From the NCBI GenBank assembly GCA_032718475.1, contig JAUCBJ010005855.1, positions 1-64,000 of the forward strand: a DNA stretch of 64,000 nt. The letters are read 5' to 3'. Position numbers and translations under genes: made by a program. Positions 1 through 11,455 of the stretch are shown here, piece by piece. Within the stretch, counting starts at the first letter, position 1. The number at the start of each line of letters is the position of its first letter. Source of the stretch: Nemertoderma westbladi (Eukaryota; Animalia; Xenacoelomorpha). Under the pieces are notes generated by a model that made no database searches, was not told the origin of the DNA, and worked only from the letters and a program-made list of their open reading frames with translations.

Positions 1-12
1 CATGGTAGTCCG

Positions 13-2250
13 CTACAGTGGTATACCCTTTTGTATATTTACTAATTTATCGTGTTCTAACGCGATATTCTGCTGCACTTCTTGCAACTCTAACCTACTT
101 TCCCTTACTGTTCCCTTGAACTGTTGAACAGTCTCCTGCATCTGCCCGAGCAGGAGATCCATCCCCCGCCGCCCCTCATCCACCCACTCGACCGCCGAAG
201 CGGGAGCCGCCAACGTAGTAGCGGGTAGACGAGGGACAACGGGAGACAAATCGTTAATATTTCGCTCGGAGTCCAGGACAGGAACTGTCTCAGGGGCGGT
301 TCTGCTGGGCACAGGTAGTTTAGTGCTGTGCAAAGGGAATTTAGAGGTAGGTTCTGGGAATACAGGTGTCTCTATCACCGAAGGGGTGGCTTCAAGAACA
401 GGCCTAATTATTTCAGGCTCATCTACTATAGTAGGGAGTCTTTCTACTCTAATAATTTGGTCTGTGGGTTCTGTACTACCTAACTACCTAAATCCGTGCT
501 AGCTAGTTGTCTTCTCACAGCTGGGGGCAAATCAGGCAATTTCTGACGGTGGGGCATTCTTCTACGCCTGCTTAGACGAGATCTATTTCCTCCGCCTTCA
601 GGATCGATGGTATCGCCTTCATTAGATGATGTAAATCCCTGTTTTTTGGGAGTAGATCGACTTATCATCTGCATCTGACTAGCTGTTAACTGTTTATTTA
701 TGTAGTCTTGCTTCTCTTGAAGATTTTCCAACTCTAGTTGGGTGGTCTCTTCAGACGCTCTCCGTTCTGCTTCTGCCACTGCCTCTGCCGCTTTTCTTTC
801 CGCTTCTGCCGCTGCTCGCTTTCTTTCCGCTTCTACTTCTTTTCTTTCCGCTTCTGCCGCTGCCATTGCCGCTTTCCTTTCCACTTCGGCCGCTTTTCTT
901 TCCGCTTCAGCCGCTTTTCTTTCCGCTTCAGCCGCTTTTCTTTCCGCTTCTGCCGCTGCCATTGCCGCTTTCCTTTCCACTTCGGCCACTTTTCTTTCCG
1001 CTTCGGCCGCTTTTCTTTCAGCCTCTGCCGCTGCCGCTGCCGCTTTTCTTTCAACTTCTGCCGCTGCCGCTGCTGCTGTCTTTCTGTCTTCTATACGTTT
1101 TTTCTTTACCTGTTCTTCTTGGACCCTAGCGATGCGGATGCTTTCATCAAATTTAGCTTGATTCGCAGCTAACATTTCCGCATCTATTGCGTCCAACACA
1201 AGCTTGGCTCCTTCACTATTAGGGCGAAGTCCAGCCAGCCCTCTCCTCAACTCTTCGTCACCTAGAAATCGTTGATAGTCTGACAGATAGATGTCAATAG
1301 CGTCCCTCTTCTGCGGTTTCTCTGCTGTCGCTTCGCTTTCCACTTGAGAAAAGGTAGCGTCTGTTGATTCTCCGAGGGTTGAGCGCTCAGCCAGCTGAAA
1401 TTTCCACTGGGCCGTTCCTTGAACCTTGAGACTCACCCGCTGGAACCAAGTCTTTACGGCAACTTGCAACGACGTGTCTTGTCTTCTTTTCGAAGCTTCC
1501 TCAAAGGCCGATAGGATTAGTCTGATTCTTAGAATTCTTTCTCGAACTTGATAAAGCAGCTCTCCCTGCTCTTGAGGTCCTTGGTGTTGTTGAAACAGTT
1601 GTTCCTCTAATCGCTCCAAAGAGCTGAAGAATCCCTGTACATATCCTGCTGCCGACCTCTTCCACACAGCTGGATCACTAGTGTCCTTCGTCACTCCCAT
1701 CCTGTATAAGTCCTCCCAGGCAGCTTCCGATAAGTTAAACGGGAGTCCGGGTCCGGGGAAGTTCCATTGCGACTCGACAATAGACTTCAGTTCCTCCCTT
1801 GTGAATCCCGCATAACTGTCCTTGGTCGATCGCTTACTTCTCGCCCAATCGATTTGGTGTTCCTCCACCGCAATCAATACCCTAGTGAGTACGGCTGCAG
1901 GAAGAATGAGAAGGGGATCCGAATAAACCGCATCTTCCATCTTTGCTCCGCGCTCGGGTGCCAACTCTACAGTATCTGAACTACTGGAGCTATCGGGCCG
2001 CTGAGAAATAAGTTCTCGGCTCGGGTGTTGCTGCTGTTTAACAGCTGCTTCTTGGTCCCGCTTGACTTGTGCCTATGATAGACCTACGATGTTTGACTAG
2101 CCTAGGGTCTGATACTACTACTGGAGGGATGACCTTTCTTACAGTAGGAGGAGAGTTGAACTTCGGTCTCAAACGTTCAGCACTCCTATCAGGGTCACAG
2201 ATGGTTGTATCTAGGAGACTGTCTGACAGGTTTTGCTTTGTGTCAGACAT
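13..2250 (-). pseudogene. Frameshifted gag-like ORF remnant of a probable third BEL/Pao-type LTR element (runs off the left edge)
   Basis: Three collinear minus-strand ORFs (2038-2250, 480-1964, 13-378) in different frames, with a long AAAEAERK coiled-coil repeat. The N-terminus MSDT...CDPDRS matches the family A gag start (MSDT...CDPDRS). Layout (helical region, coiled coil, Pro-rich) parallels family A gag. No pol is visible in the window. Confidence 0.5.
760..1080 (-). repeat. Coding 21-bp-based tandem repeat (AAEAERK units)
   Basis: Repeated ctttccgcttcwgccgct units. Confidence 0.85.
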
Positions 2251-2384
2251 GTTTGTTCGTACAGTTGAATGCCTACTGCTATATTACAGTTAAAGCAAGT
2301 CTAGTAATTCAGTATCTACTGTTAGCCTAGTAATTAATTACCGATATCGTTACTCTATGTAACGCGATATATATACAATATATT

Positions 2385-2640
2385 AGAATACCGGTATACA
2401 CTTATAGTATATATATAAGTATTATTACAGACTAGGTTTGTCACAGAATACCGGTATATAATTTCAGCACAAATATATATAAATATATAATAAGCCTATC
2501 GTGAATACCGGTATACAACTTACACTTATAGTATATAAGTATAATTATAGTCTAGAATTAATTACAGAATACCGGTATATAATTTCAGCTCAAATTTATA
2601 GAAATAAATATAATAAGCCTATTGTAAATACCGGTATATC
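2385..2640. repeat. Degenerate ~115-bp tandem duplication with recurring AATACCGGTATA, upstream of the gag-like ORF
   Basis: aataccggtata at ~2388, 2447, 2504, 2568, 2627. Confidence 0.65.
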
Positions 2641-5627
2641 AATTATTTTAGAATAATTGAATTTCTGAATTTTAGGGGTTACCTGGTTACTTTACTTTAC
2701 TTTATTACCGTTATTTAAGCAGTAGTCCAACTAATATTAAGACCTAATTGATGTATGACAGGCCTACTGTTTTATAAATCGGTTTGAGTTGATTTATAAT
2801 ATATATATATACCCGTTTAATGGGTTTTGTCAATATTTGAAATAAATGTTATTATTTCTGGGAAGGAGTCACTACACAGAAGCTGTACGCTCTCAGTGAA
2901 GTGCTACTTATTATATTGGACACTAAAACAAATAATTCTAATTTACTAAGTTACTTATTACTACAACTTATGTACAATTGCGGGGTGAGATTACAATCTC
3001 TAAATAAACACAAAAATTACACGTACGAATTTTTAGGGTTAATTTTACAGGGAATCTACAAACCAGCCTAACAAGGAGTTAGAATATCTGGTTATTACAA
3101 ACGGACAGGATACTTCGGTATTTGAAAATTATAAAGCAGTAGTAAATATATTGTGTTGTCTAGATAGGAAAAATACCACCGTCTGACGACTTATAGCCGT
3201 AGCGCTATAAGTACTACGTTATGTATCCGGAGTGTTCCTACCTAGAAGTTAATTACCGCAGCCTACTATAGCTAACGTGCCTATTAACCACTTTACAACA
3301 CAAATATACTGCCTACACACTAATTACCTTCGGAAAGCACTGTACACTAAACCCTAAATTAGGCACAAGTACTTATACAACAAATAACCAGCAGTTAAAT
3401 ATACTTGTACAGCTAAAAGAACCACGGTATCTGCCGGAGTGACCAAAGCATAAAATATCCAGTCTTTACCTACACCAAACAGCCCTGATGTAGTACCGGG
3501 GTTAATTTAACTATAATGGTATGTATAACAAGCATAATTACTGTTGGAATAAACTTGGGGTGGTGTATGTTGCGAATAATCGCATAAACTCTGAATAATA
3601 AATATTACGCTACCCGTACAGACTACACAAACAAAATACAGACCAAATGCTGGCAGACTACTATCAAACCCAAATAAACTACAGTACATGCAGACTCCGA
3701 AATGGTTAGTTAGTATGCGTTCTAACCGAGTAGTACGACTTATTCTTTCGTAGGGGATTTACCTTACAACACTGGATGCCCCCACGTTCCTAACTAGTAT
3801 TTTATCGGACATACACTCTACACACACTGCAATCTCTTCAGACTTAACAACAGTCAGACATCAATCCAGCCTACAAATTATTTATACAATCTGAGCAGGC
3901 TTACACGCCTTCTGCTCAATATTAACTTACAAATAAATAAAACTGACAGAAATAAATAAGCTCCAAAAGAAACAAGGGGTGTACAGTCCCTAATCTCTTA
4001 AACAGCCTACCAATATACAATATCACAATCGAAATAATACTAGTACCTGTACTGCTGTAAGTACCGGTTCGGGTGGTTAGGTAGTTAGGCCTACAGGTTA
4101 CCGGTCGACCGGTACATTCGACTTTATTGCCTACGTTGCAATAAAGAAACTAGTACAACTGTTATTGTTCTTACCAGAACAATAGTAAACTGTATTTATT
4201 GTCTACTGTGCAATAAAGGAAAAATCTATAACTGTTATTGTTCGCGCTTTTAGACCTTTAGCAGTTTAACCTGCCAATTTTAGGTGTCTTCTAGTTTATA
4301 AATCGACTTTAGGCTATAACAAGTATTTGGTGCACATAAAGTTACATTAGCCGAAGCCAGCCTATGCGCGACCATTCACCCACAGTTAAGGGAGACTGGA
4401 TTCGGATGCTCTGACCTTATTGTGGTGTAGACTTACTGTATTATTCGATTGCTCGTTACTATAATATCTCTGACAAATATTATTCACTTTCAGGAAATAT
4501 TAACAGTTCCTTTAGGATGTGGCGCTCTAAATATGTAAACAGAGTTATGACTTACACTAGACACAACGGGATGGCTATTGATTTTCGTATAAAGCGCATT
4601 CTTTAGGAAATGCTTTGTTATCGATCACACTCATGCACACTACCGCACACTGCTGCACACTGGTCTGCCGACCTTCACTAATTTTAATCATATATAAGGA
4701 GAACAGCAACTGACACATGTAGGGTCTATGAAATAGCATTCAATTCACTCCAAAACCACTATGATGTAAGTCGCAATTGCTATATGTAACCGGTCTCTCT
4801 AACCTTCAGTATATCAAGAAGATTGGGGTTTTCTGATTATTTATCGATATTCTCCAAATATAACAACATATCCATCAAATGATAACACTTAATAACCGAC
4901 AGTAAATAACAGTAAAATAATGCGCTGTTCTGAGCCGTGTTGTGTGTCCAGTTTGTACTGGTTTGGTTTGATAACAGTTATACGTTTCTATGATCAAAGC
5001 CGTTCTAATGTTTGGCTAAAGTCTGAAACACAGAATAATTCCACAGCCGATGTTCCGGGCTCAAGGAAAAAAGGTAAACAAAGACCATAATGCATTGTGT
5101 GAGGCTTCTGTGCAAATAAAATGAAAATCGCTCTGATTGGTCGAGTGAGTGAGCCTGAACAAAGAAAGCCAAAAGCTCCACGTCGACATATCAGCTGATA
5201 GATGTCGTCATCTGAACTACACTGTATTAAGAGTATTTTGGTGCATTGCAGCATAAAATTGCTAGTTATGTCCGCTAAAGTACACATACAGAATAATGGC
5301 TTTTTATGTCCGCTAAAACACCTACACAGTAAGAAAAATGGCTTTTTATGTCCACTAAAATACCTACACAGTACTTTGCGGGGAAAATGACTAGCTATAT
5401 CCGCAAAAGCTTTTACACTATCTCTTACTACACTTCTATACCCCTCTTGTGGGGCATTCTCTGCCCCCCCTCTCTCGCCACTAATCTTCTGTGGTGGGGC
5501 GCCCATAGCCCCCCCCCCCCACTCGCCACATCTAACTTCACTATCTCTTACTCCACTACTACACCCCTCTCTAGTCGACACACTAACCTACTGCGGCTGG
5601 GTCTATTCACCCCCTCCTCTCTCTCTA

Positions 5628-5772
5628 CTACTGCGTGGCTTATCAGGCCCACCTCGGGTTTGCTCAACCCCGCTACCTCCTGCCTACCAACTACGTGGCA
5701 TACCAGGCCGCCGTCGGGTTGGCTCAACCCCGCCACTTCCTGCCTAATAACTACGTGGCCTACCAGGCCCCC
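5628..5772. repeat. 60-bp tandem repeat (~2.4 copies)
   Basis: ctacgtggcmtaccaggcc...gctcaaccccgc recurs at a 60-bp period. Confidence 0.75.
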
Positions 5773-6044
5773 GTCTGCCGGGTTATGTACGTCCGACACG
5801 CTCATATTAATAGCACCATTCCCAATATTATTTGTTAAATCAATTAAATTATTAGAATTTGAAACGGGATAATTATTTAAATTATTTAAATTAGAATTAT
5901 TATTATTTTCTAGATTTGAATTATTATTCGAATTATTTGGATTAATATTATTATTTGAATTTAAATTTAAATTACCGGGTAAAATATTTCCTGTAATAAA
6001 GGGATTAGGGTTATCTCCTACGGTACTATTAATACCAACATTTC

Positions 6045-6988
6045 CTAAAGTACTACTAATACCCCCCCCCCGCCCGTACGGTTACTGTACGTGTAACGCG
6101 CGCTCTGTTCTCTTGCCTCACGCTCTTTGCGTTCACTCTCTTGCTCCTTCCTTCCCCTCACTATCCACTCTAATTCTTCCATTCCTAATTTATGTGCCAG
6201 ATTTATCTTCCGCATCCGTCTTTCTTTTGCGGAGGATGTAGTAGACTTATCGGTTGTGACGGATTCCCGCCGCCCCTCCGTCCTACTAACTTTCCCCCGC
6301 CTCCCGGAACTTCCTCCGACCGACGATCCCGAATCCTCGGGTTTAACCTCGGATTCGCCCTCCTCAGGTCTCTTCCAACCCACTAATATTGCTTCCCTGG
6401 AATCGACTGAGTATGGCCCTATGTACACTGCACCAGGCCCCATACCCCTACATTCCTATAGCCCAAACAGTTCGAAGGCAACGCCTCTCGCTCTCTCCCT
6501 GGCTAGTTCTCCCTGCCCAGAACGCACTAGGTAATCAAAGTATCTGTTCGACTCACCTAGTCGCCTTTTCAACTTCACCTGGTCTATCTCGGCCCCTGCT
6601 CTAGCTTCTTTCAGTTGTTCCCGGGTCGCGGCGTAGGCTCGTCGGAGCCGGACAACCCCGACATCCTCGTCGCCGACATCTCCTCTCTCCCTCCGGGTCC
6701 GGCGTCGTACCGGCGGCTCCACCGTTGCCGTTCCGGTGGGCCGTCCGTCGCCCTCGGCCTGTGGCTGGCCGGCGACTTCGGCACGTCGACCGCCGCTGTG
6801 TGTCGACTCGTCTCTCTCTCCTCCCGACTCATCCTCTCGCTGTTGTAGACAGCCCCCTCCATTTGGATTGCCGGATCGTTCGTCGACGGATCCGGCGTCG
6901 TGGGTCGATACCGTCTCGCCGTGGCCTCGTGGATGGTTAGATCGCCGTCCGGGGTCCGCGGCGGTGTCGTCTCTCTCTCTTGACTCAT
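6045..6988 (-). pseudogene. Disrupted ORF of unknown function, repeat-associated; homolog at 50468-50896
   Basis: ORFs 6611-6988, 6456-6722 and 6045-6443 chain together. RRLGESNRYFDYLVRSGQGELARERARGVAFELF...GAVYIGPYSVD...RRESVTT aligns with RRLSECNKHFHYLVRFGQGELASERARGVATELL...GVVYLGPYLVD...RQESVTT. Confidence 0.65.
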
Positions 6989-7719
6989 GTCATCTTGGGC
7001 AACTTTGGATTTCGTTACTGTTAGGGCAGCTGCTTGGTCTTTGTTACTGTGACGGGATCGGTCGACCCCGATTTATCCGGTTTGGTTGTTTGCTTACGCG
7101 TCCCCGCCGTGTGTAAAAGGAGTTATTGTAGTTCTTCCGATGTTATTAATAATATATGTCGGTATGTATATGATAATATGAGATAACTGAGTTAGCACAA
7201 TTGATGATGGTAATAGGCCTAAGTATACAGCAGTACTGATGGATGATGGTGGCGACGACGGTAACAAAGTCACCGCACTGCCCTGACTGCACTGAGATAA
7301 CTGAAGTGAATGAATAGCACAACTGGTAATATATTGCACGGTTGGCCATGTTGCTCTACTCAGTCGATGCTTCCCCCCTATTGGCTAATGACTCACTTCT
7401 CACCCTCCTATTTCCCTGGGTGTGTTTCCCCCTGATGCTGTTACTCTCTCTCTCTCAGGGGTGTAACCCCTGACCCCTATTGTGCGTGTGTTCTCTGGGG
7501 CCTATTGTCCCCGTTTACTGGGGTGACATGAGGTTGATTGGTAATCAACCTCGTGCTCCCAATATTACTTAGAGGCGCTCTTTCCCACTTTATGGGGGTT
7601 TGGTGAGGCGGAATTGAATCCGCTCACAACACCAGTACCTCAAGTGGTGTGAGAATCGAGGCTATCCGCTGGATTTCCTCCTCTCCCTCCATGCGTCGAA
7701 CCCAACACCTCTTGGTCCA

Positions 7720-8394
7720 GTGCCGATCACGCAGCAGCCGTCTTTACCAACGGATGGGGATGGTCCATCAGCACCCCAAAATTTAAATAAGACTACATTG
7801 AGTGGGCCAAAATACACCTCTATATATCTCCCTACGACCCCACAGTTCCTGCCTGTCGTCCGAGCGCCCGTTATCCGCAAATATAATGCTGACTTCGCTA
7901 GGTATTAGTGCCAAACGGTCCCGTGTAACCTCCCATCGTTAGGTAAACTGTTGATCACCAAGTCCGAGCCAACACTGCCTCTTGGTAACCACTCTTGCAA
8001 TGGGCCTCGTTGCAAATGCTGCTCGGCCGTTCTAAACCAGCGCCGGACACCATGGGGTGACCCCATCCATAGGAGATTTAACTGCAAATCATTTAATGTG
8101 ATTTATTTTATCAAATGTAAACTGCATCCACACTTGTGGTATCTCGGCCAGACAGAACAGCGTTTACATGAGCGCCTCCGAGGTCACCGTAATGCCATAA
8201 ATGACGCAGCTGGCAGGGGACTAAGAGTCAATTTATCGAGCCCTGAAGTCTTTCAACTGCAGCACTTTGCTATTTGTGGGATCGATGCGGTAAATATTAC
8301 ATGTTCTAAAAGGTTTACTAACCACGAGCGTAGGATTCATTCTGAAGCGGTTCTAATTAACTTGCATCCCCCCCCCCCCCCCCCCCACACTTAA
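7720..8394 (+). mobile_element. Penelope-like element remnant: Cys-rich linker plus GIY-YIG endonuclease (RT not seen)
   Basis: CNGPRCKCC...FNCKSFNVIYFIKC...YLGQTEQRLHERLRGHR...QHF...E..LIN is the typical PLE GIY-YIG signature. Confidence 0.85.
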
Positions 8395-8891
8395 CACTGT
8401 AGTTCCCCGTATTGGTATGTACTAAAACATGTGAACTTTGTTTTGTATATTCTACTTAGGATTTTGTATTAATCAGTTTGGTTTTATTTTATATCTTATT
8501 GTTTTGCTAACTATCTGGTTCGCCCCACATGCCCGCCTTAATGGTAATTTCAACTCCAGTCATACAGCTGCTATTGGCTTTTTGCATAGCTGGCCCCTCT
8601 GGATATTTACCCTATGGCGCAGTTAGTATTACTCAATCATTTTGTTAGTTTATTTCATTAATTTTAATGATTTTATTACTTCTTTTATTTCTGATGTCTT
8701 TTTTTATATGTTTTTATAGATATTCCACTTAATAGCAGGATAGGGTACACCATTGGTTTAGTTTTTATTTACTATTATTATTTTAAATTTTTTTTTAAAA
8801 GTTTTCAACATTTCAATACTTTTATTTTAAATTTTGATTTGAGTTAGTTTTGGTGCATTATGAATTTCCGATATAATTTCTAACCATGCTC

Positions 8892-9100
8892 AACTTCTAC
8901 CGGTCTGCCACTTTACACAGCTAATATCTGTGTTAATATCTATATTAAAATAGTCCTAACTACTATACAGTATCATAGCCGTATCGGTTTTGTATAACTT
9001 CTACCGGTCTGCCACTTTACACAGCTAATATCTGTGTTAATATCTATATTAAAATAGTCATAACTACTGTACAGTATCATAGCCGTATCGGTTTTGTATA
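8892..9100. repeat. 104-bp direct tandem duplication in the Penelope 3' region
   Basis: aacttctaccggtctgccact...cggttttgtata occurs twice (starts 8892 and 8996). Confidence 0.9.
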
Positions 9101-9162
9101 TATCTTTTTAGGCTTTGAATTGGTTTTTTTAGTTAAATTTTATTATTGTGTTTAAAATAATA

Positions 9163-9203
9163 ACCACTGAAGACGCGCGGGAAGCGTGAAATAGCTATAT
9201 GGT
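9163..9203 (+). ncRNA. Minimal type I hammerhead ribozyme-like motif (Penelope pLTR type)
   Basis: ACCA-CTGAAGA-CGCGCGGGAAGCGT-GAAA-TAGCTA-TA-TGGT. Stem I ACCA/TGGT, core CUGANGA and GAAA, palindromic minimal stem III. Lies downstream of the GIY-YIG ORF. Stem II closure is slightly non-canonical. Confidence 0.65.
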
Positions 9204-9274
9204 AAACTAACAATATTTTATATTAGCCGTGGCTCAAGACCCTTACTCATCGTAAATATTTATATTTTGAGTAT

Positions 9275-10216
9275 ATGCTTACGCCACGAAAGGCATCGTT
9301 CCATTACATTAACTCGCTACCATTGAAGAATACTACAAAAACTCTGACATATTTAAGAACCAGCGGATACCAATATACCAAACAAATCAAATTACAAAAG
9401 AGGGTTCGTCAAGGGTGTGTGCTCTCAGCTCTATTATTTCTACTACATCTCGGATCTTATAGACACGCTCATTGACAGCGGACTAGGTGTTTATATTAAT
9501 ACTTTATCCTACTGCGTAGTATCATATGCCGACGATATAATTTTACTATCCAACATCAAGTCACACTTATACAAATTAATTAACTTAGCTGAAACCTTCT
9601 TCGAGAAACACAACCTCCACATGAACACTACCAAATGTCACTTTTTATCAATAAATTCTAACGGAACCTCATCAACTACAGATGTACTCAATCTCGAACA
9701 TGCTTGTAATTCGGAGAAGAGAACAAAATATATGGGTCTACAACAAAATATATGGGAAATGCGCAGGAGAGCAATGCGTGACATTCTTTGTCTCTCGACA
9801 ATAGAGTTTCAAATAACCTCCTTAGTGACCTATACAACCTGGATGTTGAACAAACAATACGTTTAAACCAATCACGAGTAATCTAAAACATGTCCAACTG
9901 TGGAAATAGGAAAATTCAATATCTAATATTGCACGACCTTGTTAGCCACTGGACAACTAGTGCAGTAGACATGTTTAACTCATACCAAAAAACCAGCTGG
10001 ATGTAAAATTTGCCAACTCTGAACTCCATTGCGATATCAGAATACAGCCTCAAAGCATGTTCCACAAGATCAAAATCATTACAAGTCACCAATCGCACAT
10101 ATAAAGAAAGATTACAGGCCATGTACTGTAAATCCATCATGCAGAATTTTCAATATCCTTTTATACACAGGATTAACCTTATAAAGGACTATAAAGGACT
10201 TATAAAGGAATATTAA
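9275..10216 (+). pseudogene. Degraded non-LTR (LINE) reverse transcriptase fragment
   Basis: VRQGCVLSALLF and YADDIILLS RT motifs in shifted frames. Confidence 0.8.
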
Positions 10217-10789
10217 GTTAACTGTGACTACCTGTATGTCATAATCTTGCGTGTAGCCCAGAATCAATCAATCAATCAATACAGATTTGTAACCAGGTAT
10301 TCAAATTCGTAATTAGAAATCCAAATTCGTAACGTAACAAGGCGCTCAAATTCGAAACTAGTTTAGAGTTGATATCCTGAAAAAAATAGTTAGCGGCTTA
10401 TGGCCTGTAAAAATATCGGTTTGGTTTAACTTCGATTCCTTCACGGCGTCTTGACGCCGACTTTAATGTATTTTTCAATATGTGAAAGTTAATGTCGACA
10501 TCATGTTGAAATTAAACGCTTTGATATTACAGTAGTAATTGCAAATGAACAATAAGGAACAAGGCTTTTAGAGGTCGACAAATCTGATGGGATGGGTTCA
10601 ATATCCTACCCGCGTTTAGTAGAGAAGTTTTATTCATTTAGCTTCATATATATAGCCTTGATGATAAGATGATAAGATCTTTCTACAGTACATTGTATAA
10701 TTGTAAACTTATAATAATATTAATCTACTGTCGTTTAACCTCCACCAAATTTATACAATTTGAGATTGTGGGTATACCATAAACACGTA

Positions 10790-11295
10790 CAAAGCCTACT
10801 GTTCAGTTACAAGCCTACTGATCAGTTGCAAGCCTACTGTTCAGTTACAAGCCTACTGTTCAGTTGCAAGCCTATTGTTCAGTTACAAGCCTACTGTTCA
10901 GTTGCAAGCCTACTGTTCAGTTACAAGCCTACTGTTCAGTTGCAAGCCTACTGTTCAGTTACAAGCCTACTGTTCAGTTACAAGCCTACTGTTCAGTTAC
11001 AAGCATCCTGTTCAGTTACAAGCATCCTGTTCAGTTACAAGCCTACTGTTCAATTACAAGCCTACTGTTCAGTTACAAGCCTACTGTTCAGTTACAAGCC
11101 TACTGTTCAATTACAAGCCTACTGTTCAGTTACAAGCCTACTGTTCAGTTGCAAGCCTACTGTTCAGTTACAAGCCTACTGTTCAATTACAAGCCTACTG
11201 TTCAGTTACAAGCCTACTGTTCAGTTGCAAGCCTACTGTTCAGTTACAAGCCTACTGTTCAGTTACAAGCCTACTGTTCAGTTACAAGCCCACTG
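10790..11295. repeat. 19-bp minisatellite (GTTCAGTTACAAGCCTACT)n, ~26 copies
   Basis: Directly visible head-to-tail array; explains the three overlapping spurious ORFs. Confidence 0.97.
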
Positions 11296-11455
11296 TAATT
11301 CAGTTATAACTTATACATTATGGCCTACTCTGCACACACAGTATAACTATCAGTTCAATGTAATTCTTTGCCTTACACCTAACAGTTTCCTATTCACCAC
11401 AATTAGCAACAATAATCGCAAAAAGCACTTTTGAGTTTATTTTCTTTCTTTTTAT

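Noticed and set aside
738-1172. Plus-strand Phe/Arg/Ala-rich ORFs
   Set aside because: Antisense shadows of the coding coiled-coil repeat
4994-5872. ORFs of 174-195 aa
   Set aside because: Low-complexity and short-repeat sequence, no recognisable domain
10760-11434. Three overlapping ORFs / CRISPR-like array
   Set aside because: Spacerless 19-bp minisatellite; eukaryotic context, no cas genes
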